DNA of 63,978 nucleotides, filler included, from Sandaracinaceae bacterium (GCA_947483975.1; 4 parts of 4 records of this genome joined end to end with filler, not necessarily neighbours in it); one strand, 5' to 3'. Positions 18,642-30,463 are shown, counted from the first letter of the whole stretch. Made by a program: numbers and translations. The notes: a model not told the origin generated them from the letters alone.

Positions 18642-18706
18642 GTCGGAGTCGTCGAGTCGCCGCCATCGCCGAGCGTACGGCGGCCTCCGCGCGTCGGCCG
18701 CCATCG

Positions 18707-18806
18707 NNNNNNNNNNNNNNNNNNNNNNNNNNNNNNNNNNNNNNNNNNNNTTAATTAATTAANNNNNNNNNNNNNNNNNNNNNNNNNNNNNNNNNNNNNN
18801 NNNNNN
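18707..18806. other. Artificial contig-joining linker
   Basis: 44 N + TTAATTAATTAA (stops in all frames) + 44 N. Confidence 0.99.
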
Positions 18807-18911
18807 ATGATGGGCGACGCGCCGATGTGCGACGGCTGCGGGCACATCACGGTCCGCAACGGCGCTTGCTACAAGTGCCTGAACTGCGGCAACTCGATGG
18901 GCTGCAGCTGA
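18807..18911 (+). CDS. nrdJ: C-terminal fragment of class II (B12-dependent) ribonucleotide reductase
   Basis: MMGDAPMCDGCGHITVRNGACYKCLNCGNSMGCS*, the zinc-ribbon plus terminal GCS tail typical of NrdJ. Truncated by the contig start. Confidence 0.85.
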   Translation: MMGDAPMCDGCGHITVRNGACYKCLNCGNSMGCS

Positions 18912-18923
18912 AGCGCGCTTGAG

Positions 18924-19043
18924 TTAGTCCTTCTTCTTCTTCGTCACGAAGAAGACGACGGCGGCGGCGAGGGCGACGCCGCCGCCCAGCACGCAGCAGA
19001 GGCTGGCGATGATCATGAGTTCTCCGACGCCGATACCCGTCAT
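18924..19043 (-). CDS. 39-aa single-pass membrane small protein
   Basis: MTGIGVGELMIIASLCCVLGGGVALAAAVVFFVTKKKKD, with a -10-like TACGCT 7 nt upstream of the ATG. Confidence 0.6.
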   Translation of the reverse strand: MTGIGVGELMIIASLCCVLGGGVALAAAVVFFVTKKKKD

Positions 19044-19161
19044 TGGTGGCAGCGTAGCGTGAGGGCTCGAGGCTCGCCGCCTCTCGATTGCGCGTGAGCC
19101 TGCGCTGTGCGCTCGCGAGGGCGCTCGGTTTGCGTAGCGCGGGGGTGCCGCGCAAGAGATC

Positions 19162-19797
19162 GTGATGGCGAGCTTCGTCCCCGACCACACGAAGTGGCCA
19201 TTCGAGCCCGGCGCGGGCCCCTTCGGCATCAAGGGGACCATCTACAAGCGGCACCTCGAGTACGTCGCCGAGGTCGTGCCGGGCGGGGTCGCCGCATCGC
19301 TGCGCGGGCTCCCCGACGCGCGATACGTGCGGTTCTTCGAGCAGCAGTTCCTCGCCGCGAGCTTCTACGACATCTTCCCGCTGCTCGTCGCCGCGGGGCC
19401 TTGCGCCGCGCTGATGAACACGACGGCGCACGACTTCGTCGCGGCGCGCGCGCGCAATCAGGCGCCGAAGGACCTCAACGGCGTCTATCGCTTCTTGCTC
19501 GCGATGGTGCCGACGAGCTCCGTCGCGCGGCGCCTGCCGCAGCTGATCCAGCAGATCCTCAACTTCGGGACGGTCGAGGTGCTGCGCGACGAGCCGGGCT
19601 CGATCAGCGCCGCCCTCGTCGGGCTGCCGGAGGCGGTCGTGCCGTGGTTCAGCGTCGTCATCAACGCCTACGGCGAAGAGGCGCTGCGCACCTCGGGCGC
19701 GAAGACGGCGTCGATGGTCATGAAGCCCGGCGACGTCGTCGGCTCGAAGCACGGCGTGCCCGTCTGCCGCTCTCCCGTCGAGATTCGCTGGACCTGA
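19162..19797 (+). CDS. Hypothetical protein, DUF2378/TIGR02265-like myxobacterial family
   Basis: IKGTIY...FLAASFYD...DLNGVYRFLL...NFG...IRWT pattern and coding-like codon usage. Confidence 0.55.
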   Translation: MMASFVPDHTKWPFEPGAGPFGIKGTIYKRHLEYVAEVVPGGVAASLRGLPDARYVRFFEQQFLAASFYDIFPLLVAAGPCAALMNTTAHDFVAARARNQAPKDLNGVYRFLLAMVPTSSVARRLPQLIQQILNFGTVEVLRDEPGSISAALVGLPEAVVPWFSVVINAYGEEALRTSGAKTASMVMKPGDVVGSKHGVPVCRSPVEIRWT

Positions 19798-19882
19798 GCG
19801 CGGTCGCTCGACGCGCGACGGCAGCGAGCGCGGCGCGGCGGGATGGGGCGCGCTCCAAGTCGCTCTGATATGCTCCGCGGCC

Positions 19883-21715
<1,833 letters not shown>

Positions 21716-21787
21716 GCGCGGGATGCGCGCCGGTGGCGACGAGCGCTGGGTCGTTGGCGCGAACTGGGCCGCGGGGGTCTGACAGCG

Positions 21788-22393
21788 ATGTCAGGGCTCG
21801 AGATGACGGCTCGCGCGAAACGGCTTAGATTCGTCGAGATCGGCGGTGGCCTGGTGATTGCTTCGTCTCTCGGCAAGATGCTTACCCTCGCGTGCGCCGC
21901 GGCAGTACTGCCGGCGTGCCTGATCACGGAACGCAAGGACTACCGCGAGGCGCCGAGCCTGCCGCCGTCGATCGTGACACCGGCGACTGCAACGCTCCCG
22001 CTCGACCGCGTCATCGTGCTCGAGGACGTCGGCGGGGCCGACGGCGGGGTCGGGGAGCTGCGCTTCGACGTCATCGTGCGGGAGCCGAACGTCAGCGATC
22101 ACGTCGAGGCGCGCGTCTTCGTCAACCGCCCGGCGGCGGTCACGCAGGACGCGTTTCCGTACCTGAAGTCGATCGATCAAGTCCCGACGAACCTGACCTC
22201 CGCGCGCCCGAGCGAGCGCCCCTACGCGTTCGTCGTCGACGCGACGGGCTTGAACCCGGTGGGCTGCAACAAGATCGAGCTGATCGTCGCGAGCGGCTTC
22301 ATCGGCAGCATCACGCCGCTCGACGCGAGTGAGTCGGCGCGCGTCGTGTGGTGGGCCGGGCCGCGCGGCGCCGACCTGGCGGCGTGCCCATGA
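21788..22393 (+). CDS. Hypothetical lipoprotein
   Basis: Lipobox VLPA|C. ATGA overlap with the next gene. The true start may be further downstream (e.g. 21878). Confidence 0.6.
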   Translation: MSGLEMTARAKRLRFVEIGGGLVIASSLGKMLTLACAAAVLPACLITERKDYREAPSLPPSIVTPATATLPLDRVIVLEDVGGADGGVGELRFDVIVREPNVSDHVEARVFVNRPAAVTQDAFPYLKSIDQVPTNLTSARPSERPYAFVVDATGLNPVGCNKIELIVASGFIGSITPLDASESARVVWWAGPRGADLAACP

Positions 22394-24135
22394 GCCGCGC
22401 GGGCGCGCTTCGGACTGGGTTGCTCGGGGCGCTCGTGCTCGCGGGCAGCGCCTGCAGCTTCGTGATGGACGCCTCGCCCGGCGCGACGAACCGTTGCACG
22501 GCGAGCACCGACTGCCGCGGCGCCGTGTGCGACCCGGCGCGCGGGATCTGCGTGGCTCCGGGCGGCGGACCGGCGCTGCGCATCGGGCTGGAGATCGCCG
22601 TCCCGAGCGCCGCGGGGACGAGCGCCTCGGTGAGCGCGGTCGCGCCGTTCGTCGTGGACGCGACGCACCCCCTCGACCTGCGCTCCTGCGCCTCCGCGGG
22701 CTCGTCGATCTGTATCCCGGAGACCGTGATGGTGACCGGTTGGCTGCGGCGCGCCGACGGCACGCCGGTGGACGCCGACGTGGTGTTCGTCCCGGCGTCG
22801 GTGATCCCCGGCCGCAACGCGCCGACGGTGACAGTGTCTGCGCATGATGCCTCGGTCGCGCTCGGCGGCGTGGACTACGACTACATCGCCGACCTCGCGG
22901 GCGGCGTGCGCTACGACGTCCTCGTGCGACCGCGCGGCGCCGACGCGGACACGCTCCCGCCGATGCGCCTGCCCGCGCCGGTCGAGGCGCCCGCGAGCGG
23001 TACGCTCGTGGTGTCCCTGACGTATCCGGAGCTGCTCGCGACGCAGAGCGGCGTGCTGATCGACGCGGCGTATCTCCCGCTCGCGGGCGTCACCGTGCAG
23101 GCGATCGACCCGGACCACGGCGGCGCGGTCGTCTCGACGACGGCGCTCAGCGGCGACGACACCGCGCCCGATGGACCTGGCTCGTTCACGCTGGTCCTCT
23201 CCCCGAACACGACGCGCTATGTGCTGCGCGTCGGCGGCGTGACGCTCCCCGGCGAGGCGCCCTCGCCCGCCTACGACGTCGACCCGATGTATCTCTTCCC
23301 CGATGCGCTCGGGCGCGCGCAGGTGCTCGTGCCGCAGCTGCGCACGATCGCCTACGAGGGCTCGGTCAACGTCGAGGGCGATGCGCTCGCCCGAGTCGAG
23401 GGCGCGACGGTCGAGTTCCGCGCCTCAGAGCTGCTCGACGTCCGCACGGGCGCGACGGGCGTGTACCGCACGACACCGGTGACGACGGGCGCGGATGGCA
23501 GCTTCCAAGCGCTGCTGGTGCCGGGCACCTACGAGGTGGTCGTTCGCCCGCCGTCGACGGAGACGGCGGCGGAGCTCGGCGTCTACGCGACGAGCTTGAC
23601 GATCTCCGACACGACGCCGGACGTGCTCGCGGGGCAGGCGTTCGAGCTCCCTCCGCGCTTCACCTACGGCGGCTCGGTGACGACCGCCGACGGTCGGCAC
23701 ATCGCGGGGGCGAGCGTGCAGGCGAGCGCGCGCGGCGTCGATCCGACCGGCGGGCTCGAGCTCGCGATGCGCTTCAACCGGACGAGCACGACCTCGAGCG
23801 ACGACACCGGCGCGTTCACCATGCCGCTCGATCGCGGGCTCTACGACCTCGCCGTCAAGCCGCCGATGGGCAGCGGCTTCCCGTGGGTCATCGTGCGCGA
23901 CGTCGAGATCCACTCGACCATCGGCAGCTTCGTGCGCGAGGTCGTCTTCGACGCGCCCGTGGCGCTCGGCGGCACGCTGATCGGGGCGCACGAGCAGCCG
24001 ATCGAGGGGGCGGAGATCCGCGCCTACGCGCTGATCGACGTGCCCGACCTCGGGCAGCGCTCGGTCGAGGTCGCGCGCGCGACGAGCGCCGCCGACGGCA
24101 GCTACGAGCTGCTGCTCCCCGCGCGCCTCGAGTAG
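22390..24135 (+). CDS. Lipoprotein with tandem carboxypeptidase-regulatory-like beta-sandwich domains
   Basis: GSA|C lipobox, small Cys motif CTASTDC..VCD..GIC, repeated G..PLAGVTV / TGADGSF / PGTYEVVV modules. Confidence 0.7.
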   Translation: MSRAGALRTGLLGALVLAGSACSFVMDASPGATNRCTASTDCRGAVCDPARGICVAPGGGPALRIGLEIAVPSAAGTSASVSAVAPFVVDATHPLDLRSCASAGSSICIPETVMVTGWLRRADGTPVDADVVFVPASVIPGRNAPTVTVSAHDASVALGGVDYDYIADLAGGVRYDVLVRPRGADADTLPPMRLPAPVEAPASGTLVVSLTYPELLATQSGVLIDAAYLPLAGVTVQAIDPDHGGAVVSTTALSGDDTAPDGPGSFTLVLSPNTTRYVLRVGGVTLPGEAPSPAYDVDPMYLFPDALGRAQVLVPQLRTIAYEGSVNVEGDALARVEGATVEFRASELLDVRTGATGVYRTTPVTTGADGSFQALLVPGTYEVVVRPPSTETAAELGVYATSLTISDTTPDVLAGQAFELPPRFTYGGSVTTADGRHIAGASVQASARGVDPTGGLELAMRFNRTSTTSSDDTGAFTMPLDRGLYDLAVKPPMGSGFPWVIVRDVEIHSTIGSFVREVVFDAPVALGGTLIGAHEQPIEGAEIRAYALIDVPDLGQRSVEVARATSAADGSYELLLPARLE

Positions 24136-24155
24136 CCCCGCTCACCGGAAAAAGC

Positions 24156-25796
24156 TCAGCCCGCGGACGCGCGCGCTCGCGGGCGCAGCGCCATCCAGCC
24201 AATCAGCGCCACGGCGAGCCAGCCGGGCCAGTCGCCGACGGACTCGTAGAGCGTGCGCCCGCGGAGCATCGCGACCTCGGCGTGCAGGCTCGCGCGCACG
24301 AAGACGCCCGAGTGCGTGACGACGCGCCCGACGGGGTCGATGACGCCGCTGACGCCGCTGTTGGTCGAGCGCACGAGGAAGCGGTGGTGCTCGACCGCGC
24401 GGAGCTTGGCGAGCGCGAAGTGAATCCAAGGCTCGGTCGTGTCGCCGAACCAGACGTCGTTCGTCACGTTGACGATCAGCTGCGGGTCGCTGTCCATCGC
24501 GCGGCGGACGAAGCCGGGGAGCACGTCCTCGTAGCAGATCAGCGTCGCGATCGTGTACCCGCGGAACGGCAGCGCGCGGACCTCGTGCGACGGCGTGAAG
24601 TGCCCGCTGTTCTTGGAGATTTGGTAGAGAAACGGGAAGGTCTCGCCGAGCGGGAGATACTCCCCGAAGGCCAGCAGATAGTTCTTGTCGTACGTGCCGC
24701 GGATCGTCCCGTGCTCGTCGGTGATGAAGGCGGTGTTGTAGTGCCGCTCTTGCCCGTCGACGCGCCGGCGCGAGAGCCCGCCGAAGAGCACGGGCGTCGT
24801 GACGTCGCCGAGCACGTAGTCGCGCACGTTGCGCACGCGCTCCGGGATGAAGTAGGTGAACGCGCTCTCGGGCCAGACGAGCAGATCGGGGTGCACGGTC
24901 TGCTGCAGCTCGAGGCTCTGATCGATGTGCCGGATCTGCCCCTCGAGCGGGTTCTCGCGGCGCTCGGCGAGGCCCATATTCGCCTGCACGAGGCCGACGA
25001 CGAGTTTGGGCGCGCGGGCGACCTCCGCGTCGACGGCGTGCACGCGAAACGCCCCGTAGCCGAGCACGAAGGCGGCGTAGAGCGCGGCGGCGAGCGGGGC
25101 CTTCCACGGGAGCGGGCGCGCGCGCGTGACGAGCGCCTGCGCAAGCTCGTAGACCGCGCCGCTGACGATGACGGCGAGCGCGGTCAGCAAGAGCGGCCCG
25201 CCGAGATCCGAGACCTGCAGGACGAGCGGGAGAGCGTGGAAACTCGCGCCGTAATAGAAAGGGAAGAGCAGCGGGTAGAGGAACTCGCACGCGAGGAGCG
25301 CGGCGACGGCGGCGAACGTCGGATTCCAGCCGCGGTCGCGCGCGCGGCTCCAGAGCCAAGCGGCGAGCGTGAAGGAGCCGGCGGTCCACAGGTTGAGCAC
25401 GCTCGCGAAGACGGCGCAGAGCCAGAACGGGAAGCCGCTGAACAGGTTCAGCACGTGCATCAGCCAGTAGTAGCCGCCCCAGCTCATCACGAAGCCGAAC
25501 AGCGTCCCGACCGCGAGCACGCGGCGCGCGCGGCCGAGCGGCGCGCCTTCGGTGCGCGCGAGCTCGAGCGCGGCGAAGAGCGGCGCGAAGGCGACGAGCG
25601 CCAGCGGCCAGAGATCGAAGCCGGCGAAGCCGAGGAAGGCGAACACGCCGCCGAGCACGGCGAGCGCGTAGGGCAGCGCGCGACGCGCGAGCGGGGCTCG
25701 CGGAGCGCTCACGGCGGGGGGCGCGGGGGCTCGGGGCGGGCGGTCCGTGTCGGCGTCGGGCGGGTCAGAGCGCGAGGGCTTTTTTGACCTTGGCAA
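24156..25796 (-). CDS. lnt: Apolipoprotein N-acyltransferase
   Basis: Multiple TM helices, then a nitrilase domain with the triad VWPESA, YDKNYLLAFGEY and LICYED, plus TNDVWFG and RSTNSGVS. Start uncertain (TTG 25796 or GTG 25712). Confidence 0.95.
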   Translation of the reverse strand: MPRSKKPSRSDPPDADTDRPPRAPAPPAVSAPRAPLARRALPYALAVLGGVFAFLGFAGFDLWPLALVAFAPLFAALELARTEGAPLGRARRVLAVGTLFGFVMSWGGYYWLMHVLNLFSGFPFWLCAVFASVLNLWTAGSFTLAAWLWSRARDRGWNPTFAAVAALLACEFLYPLLFPFYYGASFHALPLVLQVSDLGGPLLLTALAVIVSGAVYELAQALVTRARPLPWKAPLAAALYAAFVLGYGAFRVHAVDAEVARAPKLVVGLVQANMGLAERRENPLEGQIRHIDQSLELQQTVHPDLLVWPESAFTYFIPERVRNVRDYVLGDVTTPVLFGGLSRRRVDGQERHYNTAFITDEHGTIRGTYDKNYLLAFGEYLPLGETFPFLYQISKNSGHFTPSHEVRALPFRGYTIATLICYEDVLPGFVRRAMDSDPQLIVNVTNDVWFGDTTEPWIHFALAKLRAVEHHRFLVRSTNSGVSGVIDPVGRVVTHSGVFVRASLHAEVAMLRGRTLYESVGDWPGWLAVALIGWMALRPRARASAG

Positions 25797-26157
25797 GCAG
25801 CTGATCGGCCGTGAAGGGCTTGGTCATGTAGTGACGCGCGCCCGAGTTGATGCCGGCGATCACGTCACGGGGCGCGGCCTTGGCGGTCACGATGACGACG
25901 GGGATCTTGCAGGTCAACGGGTCGGCCTTCAGCTGCTTGGCGAGCTGAAGGCCGTCCATGCGCGGCATCATCACGTCGGTCACGACGACGTCGGGCACAT
26001 AGCCCTTCTTGATGACGGCGAGCGCCTCGAGGCCGTCGCGCGCGATCTGCACGGAGCCGAGCGTCGCGAGGAGGCGGGACTCGAGCGTGAGCACGTCCGG
26101 ATCGTCCTCGACGATCAGTATCTTGACCGAGCGCGTCGTCGCCGCCGCGCCACTCAT
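25765..26157 (-). CDS. Single-domain response regulator (CheY-like)
   Basis: ILIVEDD, PDVVVTDVMMPRMDG, VTAK and YMTKPF. Confidence 0.92.
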   Translation of the reverse strand: MSGAAATTRSVKILIVEDDPDVLTLESRLLATLGSVQIARDGLEALAVIKKGYVPDVVVTDVMMPRMDGLQLAKQLKADPLTCKIPVVIVTAKAAPRDVIAGINSGARHYMTKPFTADQLLAKVKKALAL

Positions 26158-26173
26158 AGAGTCACCTGGCTCA

Positions 26174-26368
26174 TCAGCGGGCCTCGCTCGGGGCGGAGAG
26201 CGGCCACGGCTTCGCGTCCTCGATGAGGAAGTTGGGGAGGTCGTCGTCGACGGCGTAGAAGACCGCGCACGAGGCGCACGCGAAGCCCGAGGGGGCTTTG
26301 TGCTGCTGCAGCGCGCCGCGGCACTTGGGGCAGCGAAGGAGAGCGACGAACTCTGGGTCGAGCGACAT
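26174..26368 (-). CDS. Trm112-like (UPF0434) protein
   Basis: LLRCPKCRGAL...CASCAVFYAVDDDLPNFLIEDA. Confidence 0.88.
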   Translation of the reverse strand: MSLDPEFVALLRCPKCRGALQQHKAPSGFACASCAVFYAVDDDLPNFLIEDAKPWPLSAPSEAR

Positions 26369-26425
26369 GGGACGCACAAGCTAGCACCCAGGGCAGCGCG
26401 TTCAAAGCTGCGCGCGCGCGCTAGG

Positions 26426-27739
26426 TCAGCGGTGGGCCGCCGCGATCGAGTCGTGCAGCACGTCGAGCAGGCGCTCGAGGTCGGCGTCGGGCGTGTTGAG
26501 GGGCGGCGTGACGTAGACGGTGTCCCCGAGCGGCCGGAGGTAGGCGCCGCGCAGCAGCGCCTCGTCGTAGACGCGCCAGCCCGCCTGACCGCCGTAGCCA
26601 CCGGCGCCGAGGTCGGCCGCGCCGATCATGCCGAGCGAGCGCGTGCGCACGACGCCAGGGAGCGCGGCGATGCGGGCAAAGCCGCGCGCGATCAGTTGCT
26701 GCTTGTGCTGCACGCCACCGAGCACGTCCTCGTCGCGGAAGATGGCGAGCGTCTCGAGCGCGACGGCGGCGCCGAGCGCGTGGCCGCAGAAGGTGTGCCC
26801 GTGCATCAGCGCGCGCGCGCTGCCGCCGGAGAAGCCCTGCCAGAGCCTGTCGGTCGCGAGCGTCGCGGCCATCGGCAGCGCGCCGGCGGCGAAGCCCTTG
26901 GCCGTGCAGAGGAGGTCAGGCGTGACGCCCGCGTGCTCCGACGCCCACATCCGGCCCGTGCGGCCGTAGCCCGTGAAGACCTCGTCGCAGATGAGCAGAG
27001 TGTCCGCGCGCGTGGTCGCGTCGCGGAGCCGCCGGAGCAGCGCCGCGGGCCAGACGCGCATCCCCGCCGCGCCTTGCACGAGCGGCTCCACGACGACCGC
27101 CGCGATGCGGTCGGAGTCGCGCGTGAGCTCCTGCTCGACCGCCTCGACGAGCCGCTCCCAGCCGGCCGCGTCGTCGCCCGGGTCGGGCGCGTGCATCACG
27201 TCGAAGAGCAGCGGGCCGAAGAGCGCGCGGAACGCGGCGACGCCGCCGAGCGCGACCGCGCCGAGCGTGTCGCCGTGAAACGCGCCAGCGAGCGAGATGA
27301 AGCGGGTGCGCGCGGGGCGCCCGTTCTGCGCCCAGTATTGGTGCGCGAGCTTCACGGCGACCTCGACGGCGGTCGAGCCATCGTCGGAGAAGTGCACGCG
27401 CACGAGCCCCGGCGGCGCGACCTCGACGAGGCCCTTCGCGAGCAGCGCCGCGGCGACGTTGGTCGCGCCGCCCATCGCCGCGTGCTCGAGGTGCTCGAGC
27501 TGCGCGCGGATCGCGCGCACGATGCGCGGGTGTCGGTGACCGAGCGCGCTCGTCCACCACGAGGCGTTGCCGTCGAGCAGGCGACGCCCGTCGGCGTCCT
27601 CGAGCCACGCGCCCTCAGCCGCCACGATGACGAGCGGCGGGCGCGTCGCGTGCTCGTCCGCCGACGTGTAGGGCGGCCAGACGTGGGCGCGATGCAGGGC
27701 GACGAGGTCGTCGCGGGTCATGCCCTCGGGGAGCCGCAC
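26426..27739 (-). CDS. bioA: Adenosylmethionine-8-amino-7-oxononanoate aminotransferase
   Basis: HVWPPYT, DGNASWW, SDDGSTAVEVAVK, FHGDT, EPLVQGAAGM, DEVFTG.GRTG, CTAKG, HGHTFCG and LRPLG. Confidence 0.93.
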   Translation of the reverse strand: MRLPEGMTRDDLVALHRAHVWPPYTSADEHATRPPLVIVAAEGAWLEDADGRRLLDGNASWWTSALGHRHPRIVRAIRAQLEHLEHAAMGGATNVAAALLAKGLVEVAPPGLVRVHFSDDGSTAVEVAVKLAHQYWAQNGRPARTRFISLAGAFHGDTLGAVALGGVAAFRALFGPLLFDVMHAPDPGDDAAGWERLVEAVEQELTRDSDRIAAVVVEPLVQGAAGMRVWPAALLRRLRDATTRADTLLICDEVFTGYGRTGRMWASEHAGVTPDLLCTAKGFAAGALPMAATLATDRLWQGFSGGSARALMHGHTFCGHALGAAVALETLAIFRDEDVLGGVQHKQQLIARGFARIAALPGVVRTRSLGMIGAADLGAGGYGGQAGWRVYDEALLRGAYLRPLGDTVYVTPPLNTPDADLERLLDVLHDSIAAAHR

Positions 27740-27762
27740 GCGCGGTTTCTAGCATGGGCTTC

Positions 27763-27789
27763 GTAACTTTCTCGGATCCCAGACGTCTA
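27763..27789 (+). promoter_or_regulatory. Candidate ECF-sigma promoter
   Basis: GTAAC-N16-CGTCTA in the divergent intergenic region upstream of the 27909 ORF. Confidence 0.35.
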
Positions 27790-27908
27790 TCCGCAGAGAC
27801 GCGCCACAGCGAACCGCGGGAATGAGCCAGGCCGCTCGGCGGTTGGCTCCAAGACCGAGCGATTCATTTCACGCCCCGACGCGACGGCGGGGCACAAGAG
27901 GAGCGACC

Positions 27909-28289
27909 ATGGCGGAGCAGAGGGGAGACGAGAAGCTGCGGATCGTCCCGCTCGGTGCCGTGGGGCCCGAGACGGTCGCGGAGGTCGCGCACGCGCTGCG
28001 CCGGCTGATGCGGGCGCCGGTGGAGATCGTCGCGCCGCGGCGAGTGCTGGACAGTCGCCCCGAGGCGCTGCTCGCGCGCGTGGCGGAGCGCGCCTCGGAG
28101 CGCTCGAGCGCCGCCGTGTCCTTCGGCATCGTCGAGTCCGAGGTGGAGACCGCGTCGTTCAGCGAAGACCGCGAGCACGGCTCTTATGTGCTCACGCTCC
28201 CGCTGCAACGCGCCGCGAACGCGATTGGGCGCGCGCTCGAGCGGGCCTACGCCGTGATGAGCGGCGAGACGCTGCCGCACGCAGCCTGA
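27909..28289 (+). CDS. Hypothetical protein
   Basis: AGAGGAG RBS before ATG 27909. Fills the gap between bioA and the Cld-family gene. Confidence 0.6.
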   Translation: MAEQRGDEKLRIVPLGAVGPETVAEVAHALRRLMRAPVEIVAPRRVLDSRPEALLARVAERASERSSAAVSFGIVESEVETASFSEDREHGSYVLTLPLQRAANAIGRALERAYAVMSGETLPHAA

Positions 28290-28340
28290 GCCCCTGCGCT
28301 CGGAGCGCGACGAGGCTTCAGGCGAGCGAGCGAGCCGTAC

Positions 28341-29135
28341 TCAGAGGGGCGGAACGCTGACGCGATGGGCGACGTGTCCGACGAAGAACGGGCCCATCTT
28401 CTCGATGTACTGCGAGGTCTGGACCGTCTTGCGCATCGACTGAACGACGTGCGAGAGCGGGTGCAGCTCCTTGCCGAGCAGCCCGATGACGAAGTCGTTG
28501 TCGTGCGTGTCGAGGCCATGACACGCGAGGCGCACGTCGTGCGCGAGCTCGGCCTGCCCGTACGCCATCCCGATCTGCGCGTGCTCTCGGAGCGCGAGCC
28601 CCTGCGCCTGCGCGTCGAGGCGCGCGAACGCGCCGCCGCGGCGCAGCGGGTACCAGATCGCCCACTCGAGCGGCTCGCTCATCACGTTCTCGATCGGTCG
28701 CTCGAGCAGCGACCACGCGAGCTGCGGCTCGTGCCCGGTCGAGTAGGTGCGGCCGAGCATCGTGAACTCGGGGCGCAGCTTGAGCCTGTTGAGCGCGGGG
28801 CCGAGCACCTTCCGCACGTGCGTGACGAAGTGCGTCGGGTCCTCGCTCCAGGTGAGCAAGGCGAGGCCGCGCGGGTCGTTGACGTCGTCGTAGAGGACGG
28901 CAGGCACGCGATCGTGCAGCAGCTTCGCGGCGAGGTCGCGAGAGAGCGCCGCGGCGTCGTTCGCCTCGCGCGCCTGAAACACCAGGAGCTGCATGAAGAG
29001 GCGGCGGTTCAGCACCTGCCGCTCGCCGTCTTTTCTGCCGCCGTACTCGTTGACGTCGATCACGGGAAGACCCGGGGCTTTGGCCTCGGGCTGGCCTGCG
29101 GGAACGGACTCGTGCGCCTTGGGATGCTCGCTCAT
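28341..29135 (-). CDS. Chlorite dismutase / coproheme decarboxylase (Cld/HemQ) superfamily heme protein
   Basis: WYPLRR..F..L.....LREH..IG..Y with the proximal His, GLD..DNDFVIG, and a C-terminal QSMR.T...S.Y...GPFFVG. Confidence 0.85.
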   Translation of the reverse strand: MSEHPKAHESVPAGQPEAKAPGLPVIDVNEYGGRKDGERQVLNRRLFMQLLVFQAREANDAAALSRDLAAKLLHDRVPAVLYDDVNDPRGLALLTWSEDPTHFVTHVRKVLGPALNRLKLRPEFTMLGRTYSTGHEPQLAWSLLERPIENVMSEPLEWAIWYPLRRGGAFARLDAQAQGLALREHAQIGMAYGQAELAHDVRLACHGLDTHDNDFVIGLLGKELHPLSHVVQSMRKTVQTSQYIEKMGPFFVGHVAHRVSVPPL

Positions 29136-29159
29136 GCGCGGCTTTATACGCGATCCCGC

Positions 29160-30463
29160 TCAGTAATGCCGTAGCCCCGCGAGCTCACGACGCAGCGCCG
29201 CCCGATGGTCCGGGTGCGCGATCGAGATGAGCGCGTCCGCGCGCTCGCGCAGCGTGCAGCCGTGCAGATCGACCGCGCCGTACTCGGTGACGACCCAGTG
29301 CACATGCCCGCGCGTCGTGACGACGCCCGCGCCCGGCGTCAGCGTCAGCGTGATGCGAGAGACATCCCCGTGCGCGGCGGTCGACGGCAGCGCGATCACG
29401 GGCTTGCCGCGCAGGGACTCGGCGGCGCCGCGGATGAAGTCCATCTGCCCACCGATGCCGGAGTAGATCCGATGGCCGAGCGAGTCGGCGCAGACCTGCC
29501 CCGAGAGATCGACCTGCAGCGCGGAGTTGATCGCGACGACGTCGTCGTTCTGCCGGATCAGCGTGTGATCGTTGGTGCGATCACACGGGTGCAGCTCCAC
29601 GAGGGGATGGTCGTTCACATAGTCGAAGAGCCGGCGCGAGCCCGTGACGAAGCTCGACACGGTGCGCCCGCGGTGCACGGCCTTGCGGCGGTTGTTGACG
29701 ACGCCGCTCTCGAGGAGCGGGAGCAGCCCGTCGGAGAACATCTCGGTGTGCACGCCGAGATCGTTCTTGCCGCCGAGGCGCAGGAGCACGGCGTCGGGGA
29801 TCGCGCCGATGCCCATCTGCAGGCACGCGCCGTCGTCGATCAGCTCCGCGACGCGCGCGCCGATCTGCGTCTCGACGGGGCCGATCTCGGGGCGCGAGCC
29901 CTCGTGGAGCGGGCGGTTCGTCCGCACGAACGCCGTCACGCGCGAGAGCGGCACCGCCGTCGCGCCGTGCGTGCGCGGCATCTGCTCGTTGATCTCGGCG
30001 AGCACGATGGACGCGGACTCGACCGCCGCCTTCGCCGCGTCACACGAGGTGCCGAGCGTGCAGAGCCCGTGGCGGTCAGGCGGCGAGAGCTGCACGAGCA
30101 CGGCGTCGAGCGGCACGCGCCGCGACTTGAAGAGCCGGGGAATGTCGGAGAGGAACACGGGCATGAAGTCCGCGCGGCCCTCCGCGACGGGCTCGCGGAA
30201 TTCGGCGCCGACGAAGAACGACACGGAGCGGAAGCGCTCCGAGTGCTCGCGCTCGATGAAGCGGAGCGGGCCCGTCAGGTGCAGGTGATAGAGCCGCAGG
30301 TCGCGGAGCGCAGGGCGATCGACCATCGCCTCGAGGAGCGCGGTCGGTGTAGCGCTCGCGCCTTGCACGAACACGCGCATCCCGGCGCGCAGGTGCGAGA
30401 CGACATCATCGGCGGAAGACTCAGTGGGGAGGGCGGGTGAGGAGAGGAGTTGAGTGGAAGACA

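Noticed and set aside
18707..18806. TTAATTAATTAA motif in N runs, also at 37325-37424 and 55814-55913
   Set aside because: Identical artificial contig linkers. Contig lengths fall in descending order (at least 18.7, then 18.5 and 18.4 kb), as expected for a concatenated bin. Cross-linker neighbourhoods such as ftsK next to FDH are not real.
21754..21770. Sigma54 -24/-12 promoter TTGGCGCGAACTGGGC before the lipoprotein pair
   Set aside because: The spacing is correct but the -12 element lacks TTGC. Such matches are frequent by chance at this GC content.
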